This document shows, piece by piece, positions 8,047-15,292 of a stretch of DNA of 32,000 nucleotides. Origin of the DNA: Halomicrobium mukohataei DSM 12286 (GTDB lineage: Archaea > Halobacteriota > Halobacteria > Halobacteriales > Haloarculaceae); NCBI RefSeq assembly GCF_000023965.1, contig NC_013202.1:270001-302000 (forward strand). Reading direction: 5' to 3'. The number at the start of each line of letters is the position of its first letter. Position 1 is the stretch's first letter. The position numbers and the translations under genes were made by a program. Below the pieces are notes generated by a model. It was not told where the DNA came from. It saw only the letters and a program-made list of their open reading frames with translations, and searched no databases.

Positions 8047-9162
8047 ATGGCAGATAGTAATAGTGTGAATGAGGTTGACATAGATAAGCGTGAACTATTA
8101 AAGGCCATTGGATCAGTGGGTGCAACCGGTGGATTCCTATCATCCACCGCATCAGCAGGACAAATCGAAGAAGAAGAGGTTGATCTGGATGAGTTTGCAA
8201 CAAAACCAATATATGAGTTAGCTATTGACGTGATTGAGCATCCTAAACACTCAATGCTGGCTTTCACCACGTCAGTGATTGATGAAAGCCTTGGACTTTA
8301 CATCGCCACGGGTGTGTCTAAGCCAAAGAATTCCTATCTCCCTCGAGAGGGTACCCCACCAGGTCGGCGTGCCACGGAGGTAATCAAAGTAGCGGAAGCC
8401 AAGACTGGCGCTATAATGCAACTCGAATGGCACAGCAAGACCGAAATTAGCTACTGGGAAGCTGGTGAGATAATTGCCACTGATGTTTCAGATATAACCA
8501 ATAAATTAGATACCGGAAATAATGGGCGGCGGTCACACAGGAACAATTCCAAAGGCCCATCGGTGGAAATCCAGTCCCAGCCTTCGGATCGAAAAAAGAG
8601 AGTTGTGAGTAAGCAGACTGCTCCAGACTCTCTCCAAGGTATTATCGAAACACAATCCGAAACACCATCTACTGAAATAACTACGCAACAGTTTGATCCA
8701 TCCCGCTGTAACATTCCAAAGCTACCACAGGTCGGTATTGAAGAGTGTCAGGATGCTGGTGCATTCGGTGAGTTTTGTGCAAAAACTACCTCAATAGGCT
8801 GCATGAGAAAGCAATGCTCATGGGGCAAGACACCACCGCTACTTTCAGTCCCTGTGACGATTGCTGAAGGAAATGTTGGTGATGGAAAGGTTTATATTGA
8901 CATGTGGGCTGGATTGGAGATCACAGATTCAGGAAAATATTGCGTTTGGCTAGGCAGTGAAGCTGCTGGCGTTTGCGTGACGGATTGCTACCGAGACCGT
9001 CCTGATACGGCTGAAGCAACTAAGCTTGCAGAAGATTTCGTTCCTGAAATAGATCTTTTTGGGGCCGCCAAATTTGTCGGTGAAGTGATTGTCACTCTGA
9101 TAGCACTAATTATACTTGCTATCGTTGCAGCGGCGGCAGGGATAACCGGTGTAGGTGCATAG
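8047..9162 (+). CDS. secreted, C-terminally anchored Cys-rich protein with a Tat-like (KR) signal, function unknown
   Basis: 371 aa. N-terminus DIDKRELLKAIGSVGATGGFLSSTASA|GQ resembles a twin-arginine signal with KR and an AxA cleavage site. A polar linker follows. All 8 Cys lie in residues 221-314 (nt 8707-8988). C-terminal hydrophobic helix VIVTLIALIILAIVAAAAGITGVGA. It is the only long ORF on either strand in this region. Confidence 0.7.
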   Translation: MADSNSVNEVDIDKRELLKAIGSVGATGGFLSSTASAGQIEEEEVDLDEFATKPIYELAIDVIEHPKHSMLAFTTSVIDESLGLYIATGVSKPKNSYLPREGTPPGRRATEVIKVAEAKTGAIMQLEWHSKTEISYWEAGEIIATDVSDITNKLDTGNNGRRSHRNNSKGPSVEIQSQPSDRKKRVVSKQTAPDSLQGIIETQSETPSTEITTQQFDPSRCNIPKLPQVGIEECQDAGAFGEFCAKTTSIGCMRKQCSWGKTPPLLSVPVTIAEGNVGDGKVYIDMWAGLEITDSGKYCVWLGSEAAGVCVTDCYRDRPDTAEATKLAEDFVPEIDLFGAAKFVGEVIVTLIALIILAIVAAAAGITGVGA

Positions 9163-9221
9163 AGAACAAAGACAATATTATTGATCGCAGATCAAACAAC
9201 CATATATCACATTCCAGAATA

Positions 9222-9584
9222 ATGAGAAAGCTCCTGCTGCTCGCTTTTGCGCATATTGTAATTATAGCAACGATTTGGTTCCCGGAAAATTTTCTAAGTG
9301 ATGTATTTCAAACTTGGCTGGTGATCGTGGGCTTCACTATTTGCCCAGTTTTAATTTCGGCTATTCTGTGGAATCTGGGTCGAACTGAATGGAAATTCGC
9401 CCGTTCAAAAATTCACCCCCCCATCGTTTTACTTGTACTTACTGCTATGATTAATGGAGTTTCTCTTCTAATTACCGTGTCTCGGATAATTGAATTGGTG
9501 ATTCTTCTCGCTATTCTTCTTTCACTTCTTGCTGAAGCACGAGGTCTTTTTTATGCTTATAAGCAACTGTCGAGGAGGGGTTGA
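9222..9584 (+). CDS. small polytopic membrane protein (about 4 TM helices), function unknown
   Basis: 120 aa with four hydrophobic segments (LLLLAFAHIVIIATIWF, WLVIVGFTICPVLISAILW, PPIVLLVLTAMINGVSLLITV, LVILLAILLSLLA). Same strand as the Cys-rich protein gene and 59 nt downstream of it. AT-rich codon usage. Confidence 0.6.
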   Translation: MRKLLLLAFAHIVIIATIWFPENFLSDVFQTWLVIVGFTICPVLISAILWNLGRTEWKFARSKIHPPIVLLVLTAMINGVSLLITVSRIIELVILLAILLSLLAEARGLFYAYKQLSRRG

Positions 9585-9775
9585 TTACGATTAGGGACAT
9601 TCGACTTCCACTCAGCATGGTCCTGGCCCTCGCCTTCGTCATGCTCGCCCCAGTCGTTCTCACCGCCACAGTCTACGGGATTGCGCTGGCTGCTCTGGGG
9701 GAACCACTCCTCGCCGGAGCTGTCGCACTCGTCTGTCGTGCCATGCTCCTCATACTGCCGGCTGTACCTTCGTGA
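9581..9775 (+). CDS. possible small membrane protein whose 3' end runs into a MITE-like element
   Basis: 64 codons. TTG start overlaps the TGA of the preceding ORF (alternative ATG at 9617). Two hydrophobic helices. GC content is host-like. The stop TGA at 9773-9775 lies inside repeat copy 2. Confidence 0.3.
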   Translation: MITIRDIRLPLSMVLALAFVMLAPVVLTATVYGIALAALGEPLLAGAVALVCRAMLLILPAVPS

Positions 9776-9830
9776 AGATCTTCGCCACCCCGGGGTGGCG
9801 AAATCGCTCACAGATTTACAGCCGGTAGTA
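9753..9830 (-). mobile_element. MITE-like palindromic element, family 1 (78 bp), copy 2 (inverted)
   Basis: Its reverse complement differs from copy 3 at only 2 of 78 positions. Flanked by direct TCA (9750-9752) and TCA (9831-9833). Confidence 0.7.
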
Positions 9831-9965
9831 TCAGTACGGAACTCCTGTTCGGCGAGCACTTCTTCGAACGAATTTCGGACGACTCAGACCGAAGAAGAGA
9901 CGACGAACAGCTGGCACAGGTCATCCAGCACTTCTCTCAGCAACGGGGTATCGCTCCGCCGACGT

Positions 9966-10098
9966 TGCTCGTCGAGGTCGAAGCCGTCGCGATCAGCGAG
10001 TGAACGCGCCAGCCACGTGACGACGACCCGAGCGAAGCGAGCCCCCTCGACGGCGGTGTCGGTCCCCCAGTTTCACGACCGATAACGAAGGGGGCAGT
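9966..10098 (+). repeat. right direct repeat (att-like) of the AT-rich insertion
   Basis: Duplicate of 7606-7738 (see the left repeat). It carries an orphan copy of the RidA C-terminal codons and TGA (10001-10003). Confidence 0.9.
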
Positions 10099-10129
10099 AC
10101 TATAACTGTTCATCTGATTGGTACTAGGC

Positions 10130-11911
10130 ATGGCACCGCGTCACACAGGCACCTCGCAACTGCTCCACGTCGGCGAGCGCGAGACGTTGCTTCGGGAGGC
10201 GAGCGGCGCAGTCGACGCCGGAGGAGGCGACGTGGCGGTGACGACCGTCGACAGTATCGAGGCGGCCGACGAGCGGATCGACCGCGGGAACGTCGACTGC
10301 GTCGTCTACGAACACGGTGCCAGCGGAGAGGAACCGGAGTCGCTCCGGAAACTGGCCGATCGAGCGAGCGCGACTCCCTGGCTGTTCCTGACGAGCGACG
10401 AGACGGCCGTCGACGACGCCTTGCGGGCCGGTGCGAGCGACGTGGTCGTCCTGCGTGAAAACACCGACCGACGGCTGCTGTCTCGGCGACTGGAACATAT
10501 CCTCGCCAGACAGCGCCTCGGCGAGAGCGAAACTGGAGCAACGTCGACGATGACCGAAGCGCTGCGATCAGACCGAGCCGCGACGGATCTGCTGCTCGAT
10601 ACGCTCGACGACGTGTTCTACCTCGTCGGCACCGACGGGACGCTCGAACGGTGGAACGAGAGTCTCAAGACCGTCACCGGCTACTCGGACGCGGAGCTGG
10701 CGGAGATGAACGCGATCGCTCTCTTCGAGGAGTCGGACCGAAGGCGGGTCGACGAGGCCGTCGCCGAGACGCTCGAAACCGGATCGTCGAGCGTCGAGGC
10801 GTCGTTCGTGACCACGGACGGAGAGACGATCCCCTACGAGTTCACCGGTGCGAGACTCGCCGACGACGGCGACGTGCGCGGGCTCGTCGGAATCGGACGC
10901 GACATCTCGGAGCGCAAGGCCCTCGAAGCGGAACTCCGACGGAAAGCGAGCCTGCTGGACCACATCTTCAACCAGGTGCCGACCGCGCTGTACGTCAAGG
11001 ACACCGAGGCCCGTCACGTCCGGATGAGCGAGTTCCACTCCGACGCCGAGGGAACCCTTGGGAAGACGGACCCGGAGATCTACGGAGAGACGGAGTACAC
11101 CGAGTCGACGTACGCCGACGACATGCGGGTCATCGAGGAGGGCGATCGGATCATCAACCAGGAGGAGTTCAATCCCAGAACCGGCGAGTGGTCGCTCACG
11201 TCGAAGGTCCCCTGGCGAACGGAGGACGGCGAGATCCAGGGGCTGATCGGCGTCACCCGCCTCATCACGGAGAAAAAGGAGTACGAACAGAAGCTGAACC
11301 TCCGGAACCGGGCGATAGCGGAGGCACCGATCGGAATCACGATCCACGACGCGATGGAACCACCGGGCCGAATCGTCTACGCGAACGACAGCTTCCAGTC
11401 GCTGACGGGCTACGACGAGCCGGCGCTCGACGGGGAGGACCTCACGATACTGGCCGGTGCGGAGACGGAGCCCGGCCAGCTCGATCGACTCGACACCGCG
11501 TTCCACGACAGCGAGTCGAGGTCGCTCGTCGCACTCCTCTACCGGCGGGACGGAACGCCGTTCTGGGGCCGGATCACCGTCGCTCCAGTGACCGACGACG
11601 ACGAGGTGACGCACTTCGTCGGGTTCCTCCAGGACGTGACGGAGACCAAAGAGCGGGCAGAAGAGATCGAGCGACGACTCGACGAGTTCGGCGAACTCAT
11701 CGCAGAGGAGCTACGGACACCGTTAGAGCGTGCCGAGCAGTCCGTCGCGGCGATCGCCGACCCCAGTCAGCAGGCTGCCGTCGAGAACGCAGTCGAGTCG
11801 ATTCGGCGGGCCGACAAGCTCGTCGACGACCTGGCGGCGGTCCACTCGTTCTCGGTCAAGTCACGCGACGTGTTCGAGACGGCGTCGACGAGCCAGAGCG
11901 AGGACCGATGA
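10130..11911 (+). CDS. receiver-like / triple PAS (third is LOV-like) / degenerate HisKA signalling protein without an ATPase domain
   Basis: 593 aa from ATG 10130 (the track starts at TTG 10118). N-terminal CheY-like region. PAS blocks around LLDTLDDVFYLVGTDGTLERWNESL and LLDHIFNQVPTALYVKD. A LOV-like block IVYANDSFQSLTGYDE...RRDGTPFWGRITVAPV...FVGFLQDVTETKE. The C-terminus has FGELIAEELRTPLERAE where an H-box would be. No HATPase_c follows. Confidence 0.75.
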   Translation: MAPRHTGTSQLLHVGERETLLREASGAVDAGGGDVAVTTVDSIEAADERIDRGNVDCVVYEHGASGEEPESLRKLADRASATPWLFLTSDETAVDDALRAGASDVVVLRENTDRRLLSRRLEHILARQRLGESETGATSTMTEALRSDRAATDLLLDTLDDVFYLVGTDGTLERWNESLKTVTGYSDAELAEMNAIALFEESDRRRVDEAVAETLETGSSSVEASFVTTDGETIPYEFTGARLADDGDVRGLVGIGRDISERKALEAELRRKASLLDHIFNQVPTALYVKDTEARHVRMSEFHSDAEGTLGKTDPEIYGETEYTESTYADDMRVIEEGDRIINQEEFNPRTGEWSLTSKVPWRTEDGEIQGLIGVTRLITEKKEYEQKLNLRNRAIAEAPIGITIHDAMEPPGRIVYANDSFQSLTGYDEPALDGEDLTILAGAETEPGQLDRLDTAFHDSESRSLVALLYRRDGTPFWGRITVAPVTDDDEVTHFVGFLQDVTETKERAEEIERRLDEFGELIAEELRTPLERAEQSVAAIADPSQQAAVENAVESIRRADKLVDDLAAVHSFSVKSRDVFETASTSQSEDR

Positions 11912-11960
11912 GACGGTGCGCTCGCCCGAAGACAGCCAGTGACACCTGAGAGAACCACCG

Positions 11961-12722
11961 ATGAACTTCCCGGCAGACAGCGTCGTCGTCTTCGAGGAAA
12001 ACAGGACGCGCGGAGAGCTGTACTCGCTGTGGCTCGACGAGTACGACGTGGACGTGGCCGCGACCAAACAGGAGGCCGATGCGGAACTGGACGGGGCCGT
12101 CGTCGTCGCCGTGCTGAACCAGGGGTTCGCGGACGGTGCCGCCTCGAAGCTGCTGGAGATCGTCCGGTCGCGCGCACCGCTCTGTCGCGTCGTCGCGACA
12201 CGGGAGCGGTCGGATCCGTTCCCCGACCTCAACGTGGACCACCAGCTCGTCAAGCCGGTGTTCGAAGAAGAGCTGGTCGATCTCGTCGAGACGCTGCTCT
12301 GCCGGGCGAACTACCACCTCGCACTGAGCCGGTACTACCAGACGAACGTCGATCTCTCCTCGTTCGAGGTCCACGACGGCGACCACCCGCCCGACAGAAC
12401 GGAGTACGACGAACTCCAGCAGCGGGCCTCCAAGCTACAGAAGTTCATCGCCAGCCTGACCAAGGAGATGGAACAGGAGGACATCCGCGCAGTCAAGCGC
12501 GACATCCTCCTGGAGCGCGACATCGAGGAGACACACAGCACGGAGAAAATCGACAGCAAGTACCGGCCCAGGAAGTGTACGAACTGCGGTCAGCGGTGGG
12601 ACGGCAACGCCGACGGAGAGCCCGGCGTCACACAGCTCGGTGCATACGTCTGGCGGTGTGGGGGCTGTGGCCACGTCCAGATGGCGGCAGATCCCAGCCA
12701 CCAGCACGTCAACCGCTGGTAG
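11961..12722 (+). CDS. receiver-like / HalX-like coiled-coil / C-terminal zinc-ribbon protein
   Basis: 253 aa. CheY-like topology (SVVVFEEN, VVVAVLNQG, RVVATRE, HQLVKPVFEEEL). A coiled-coil segment follows as in HalX-domain regulators. CTNCG...CGGCGH gives a CxxC-x24-CxxC ribbon (nt 12576-12668). It lies 50 nt downstream of the PAS gene. Confidence 0.65.
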   Translation: MNFPADSVVVFEENRTRGELYSLWLDEYDVDVAATKQEADAELDGAVVVAVLNQGFADGAASKLLEIVRSRAPLCRVVATRERSDPFPDLNVDHQLVKPVFEEELVDLVETLLCRANYHLALSRYYQTNVDLSSFEVHDGDHPPDRTEYDELQQRASKLQKFIASLTKEMEQEDIRAVKRDILLERDIEETHSTEKIDSKYRPRKCTNCGQRWDGNADGEPGVTQLGAYVWRCGGCGHVQMAADPSHQHVNRW

Positions 12723-12753
12723 CCGGCGACACGCGAGAGACGAACGAGAGCCG

Positions 12754-13875
12754 TTACCGCGCGACCTCACTCGCTACGTCGCGGTAGATCGCCACACAGC
12801 GCTCTAGCACGTCGATCGAGACGGACTCGTCTGCGGTGTGGGCCTCGCCGGGCTGGGCCGGCCCGACGACGACGCAGTCGGTCCCAGCGCCCGCGAGGTT
12901 ACCGGCGTCGGTCGCGTGGGGCTTGACGACGTGTTCGGGCGCGCCGTCCTGTGTGGCGGTGGCCGCGTCCAGCACGAGATCGGCGAAAGCCTCGTCCTCG
13001 CAGGCCATCGGCGGGAGGTCCTGATCGACGGTCCACTCGACGCCGTCGATCGCCTCGACGCGTTCGATTGACGCGCGCTCGCCGGGCACCGTCCGTTCGT
13101 CGACGGTCACCGCACACGATTCGGGGATGACGTTCCACGCGCTCCCGCCGTCGATCTCCGTGACTGCGACGCTCCCGCGGACCTCGTGGCCCATGACCGT
13201 CGTCGACGGGAACGAGAGGTCCCGCACCACGTCGACCGCGTCGCTGGCCCGATAGATGGCGTTCTCGCCGCTCTCGACCTCGCTGGCGTGGGCGGCCGTT
13301 CCCGTGGCTTCGATCGTACTGCCACGGCGGCCCTTGTGGGCGACGGCAACGTCCGTGACGCCCTCGGCGGAGTAGCCCGTCGAGCCCTCGCCGACGACGG
13401 CGTAGTCGGGCGCGAACCCGTCGTCGATCGCGGCCGTCGAGCCCAGACAGCCAGATTCTTCGGCGACGAACGAGACGAAGACGAGTTCGCAGTCGAGGTC
13501 GGTCGCGTCCCGGAAGGACAGCATCGCGGCGGCGACCGCTCCCTTCATGTCGGCGGCCCCGCGACCGTAGAGGCGGCCATCGCGTTGCTCGACGCGGTAG
13601 GCACCGTCGTCGTCGACCTGCGACTCGTCCGGCGGCACCACGTCGTGATGGCCCGCCAGCGCGAGCGACGCCCCGCCCGCGCCGTCGCGGGCCACCGAGT
13701 CACCCGCGGAATCGACGCCCGGACCCTTGCGCGCGAAGACGTTGCCGTGCTCGTCCCGGAAGACGGCGCTATCGGTGTGCTCTCGGAGCCACTCCTCGAT
13801 GTAGTCGCCCGCGGCGGCCTCGTCCTCGTGGCTCGGGATCGAGACCAGCTCGCGGGTCAGGTCGGCGACGTGCAT
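12754..13875 (-). CDS. M20 family metallopeptidase (ArgE/DapE/acetylornithine deacetylase-like)
   Basis: 373 aa from ATG 13875 (the track GTG is at 13899). Motifs GHHDVVPP and YGRGAADMKGAVAA are typical of M20 dimetallopeptidases. Confidence 0.8.
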   Translation of the reverse strand: MHVADLTRELVSIPSHEDEAAAGDYIEEWLREHTDSAVFRDEHGNVFARKGPGVDSAGDSVARDGAGGASLALAGHHDVVPPDESQVDDDGAYRVEQRDGRLYGRGAADMKGAVAAAMLSFRDATDLDCELVFVSFVAEESGCLGSTAAIDDGFAPDYAVVGEGSTGYSAEGVTDVAVAHKGRRGSTIEATGTAAHASEVESGENAIYRASDAVDVVRDLSFPSTTVMGHEVRGSVAVTEIDGGSAWNVIPESCAVTVDERTVPGERASIERVEAIDGVEWTVDQDLPPMACEDEAFADLVLDAATATQDGAPEHVVKPHATDAGNLAGAGTDCVVVGPAQPGEAHTADESVSIDVLERCVAIYRDVASEVAR

Positions 13876-13967
13876 ACCCGTACAGAGAGTGCCAGCCACA
13901 AAAGGCTACACCGCCCCGCCTGGGGACTCCACAAGAGCCATTGTGTGCGTGGTCGAACAGGTGGCCA

Positions 13968-14972
13968 ATGACGACCTCGTCGAGCGAGGCGACGGACTCG
14001 GATTTCAGTTCGGTGCCGTCGCTGCGTCGCTGGCTCAAGACGTTCGTGATCGGTCTGTGTATGGGCTCTGCCGACGCGACGCCGGGCATCTCCGGTGGCA
14101 CTGTCGCACTGATTATGGGCATCTACGAGCGTCTGATCGCCGCGATTACGGCGATCACCCCGGAGCGAGCGAGGCGGTTTCTCCGCGCGCTCACACCGGT
14201 CGACGGCGGCGTCTCGCTTCGCCGGGCCGTCGCCGTCCTCGAAGAGGTCGACGTGTGGTTCCTGCTGGCGCTGGTCGGCGGCGTGGGCACCGCCGTCGTG
14301 ATCGTCGCCCGGATCGTCCACGTCGCCAGCGAGGAGACGCCAGTCCTGCTGTACGGCGCGCTGTTCGGCCTGATCGGCGCGTCCGCGGTGATCCTGCTGC
14401 GAGCGCTCAGCATCGAGACCGCGACCCACGCGGTCGCCGCCGCGTCGGGGTTCGTCCTCGCGTTCGTCCTGTCCGGTCCCGCCTCTCCGCTGGGGACCGA
14501 GGGACTGCTGGTCGTCTTTCTGGGCGGTGCCGTCTCGGTGAGCGCGATGATCCTGCCCGGCATCTCCGGCTCGCTCTTGCTGGTCGTGCTCGGGCAGTAC
14601 GAGCGGTTGTCCGGCGCGTTGACGACGTTCGTCGACGGCCTGCTGGCCGTCCTCACCGGGCGACCGGCGGCGGGACTGGTCGACGCCGGGACGGTCGTCG
14701 TCACGTTCATCCTCGGCGGGCTGGTGGGCCTGTTCACGATCTCGCGACTGATCCGGCGGGCACTGGACAGGAACCGGGGTGCGACGCTGGCCTTCCTCGT
14801 CGCGCTGGTCGTGGGCGCGTTGCGAGCGCCGATCACCGAGCTGTCGACCCGAGAGGCAGTCACCTGGACGACGGAGACGATCGCCGTCTTCGCCGCCGTC
14901 GCAGCCGCCGGCGCAGTGGTCGTCCTCGTGCTGGACTGGTACGCCGTCGATCTCGACTTCGAGGCGGTCTGA
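13968..14972 (+). CDS. DUF368 family integral membrane protein
   Basis: 334 aa from ATG 13968 (the track TTG is at 13941). Duplicated signature PGISGGTVALIMGIYERL and ILPGISGSLLLVVLGQYE, with multiple TM helices. Confidence 0.8.
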   Translation: MTTSSSEATDSDFSSVPSLRRWLKTFVIGLCMGSADATPGISGGTVALIMGIYERLIAAITAITPERARRFLRALTPVDGGVSLRRAVAVLEEVDVWFLLALVGGVGTAVVIVARIVHVASEETPVLLYGALFGLIGASAVILLRALSIETATHAVAAASGFVLAFVLSGPASPLGTEGLLVVFLGGAVSVSAMILPGISGSLLLVVLGQYERLSGALTTFVDGLLAVLTGRPAAGLVDAGTVVVTFILGGLVGLFTISRLIRRALDRNRGATLAFLVALVVGALRAPITELSTREAVTWTTETIAVFAAVAAAGAVVVLVLDWYAVDLDFEAV

Positions 14973-15105
14973 GCGCCCGACAACCCCACATCACCAACCT
15001 GAATTCGGTATTATAGAACGATCCCACAGAGAGATCACCACTTACCACGAAGATCTTCCGATTATGAGAACAATAATTAAGAGTGTGGGAGAGAATGAGA
15101 CGTTC

Positions 15106-15240
15106 ATGGCGGATCGTTTCAGCTACCGGGAGATTCGCGCGATAGAACGCGAGTACTGCCGCCAGAACGACAACATCGTCGGTTTCTTCGGCGGTGCCGA
15201 CGAGAGGAGCCCCGAGCGATCCTCGAACGGGGACGACTAG
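15106..15240 (+). CDS. possible small protein (44 aa, or 58 aa from ATG 15064)
   Basis: MADRFSYREIRAIEREYCRQNDNIVGFFGGADERSPERSSNGDD. It sits in a locally AT-rich intergenic stretch with a TATA-like TATTATAG at 15009-15016. No recognisable family. Confidence 0.25.
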   Translation: MADRFSYREIRAIEREYCRQNDNIVGFFGGADERSPERSSNGDD

Positions 15241-15292
15241 GCCCTCGTACGAGCCGTCGATGTGTACCGAGACATCGCCACGGCCGCCCGTA

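Larger units (their letters stand above)
7739..9965. mobile_element. AT-rich inserted islet between direct repeats (integrase-less integrated element or remnant)
   Basis: Bounded by 123-133-bp direct repeats. Hand counts give 20/60 G+C in line 8041 and 30/60 in line 8701, against 40/60 in flanking line 7561. ORFs inside use AT-rich codons. Confidence 0.6.

Noticed and set aside
15049-15058. A GAAGATCTTC palindrome identical to a 10-mer inside the family-1 elements.
   Set aside because: A 10-bp self-complementary match with no surrounding similarity is compatible with chance.
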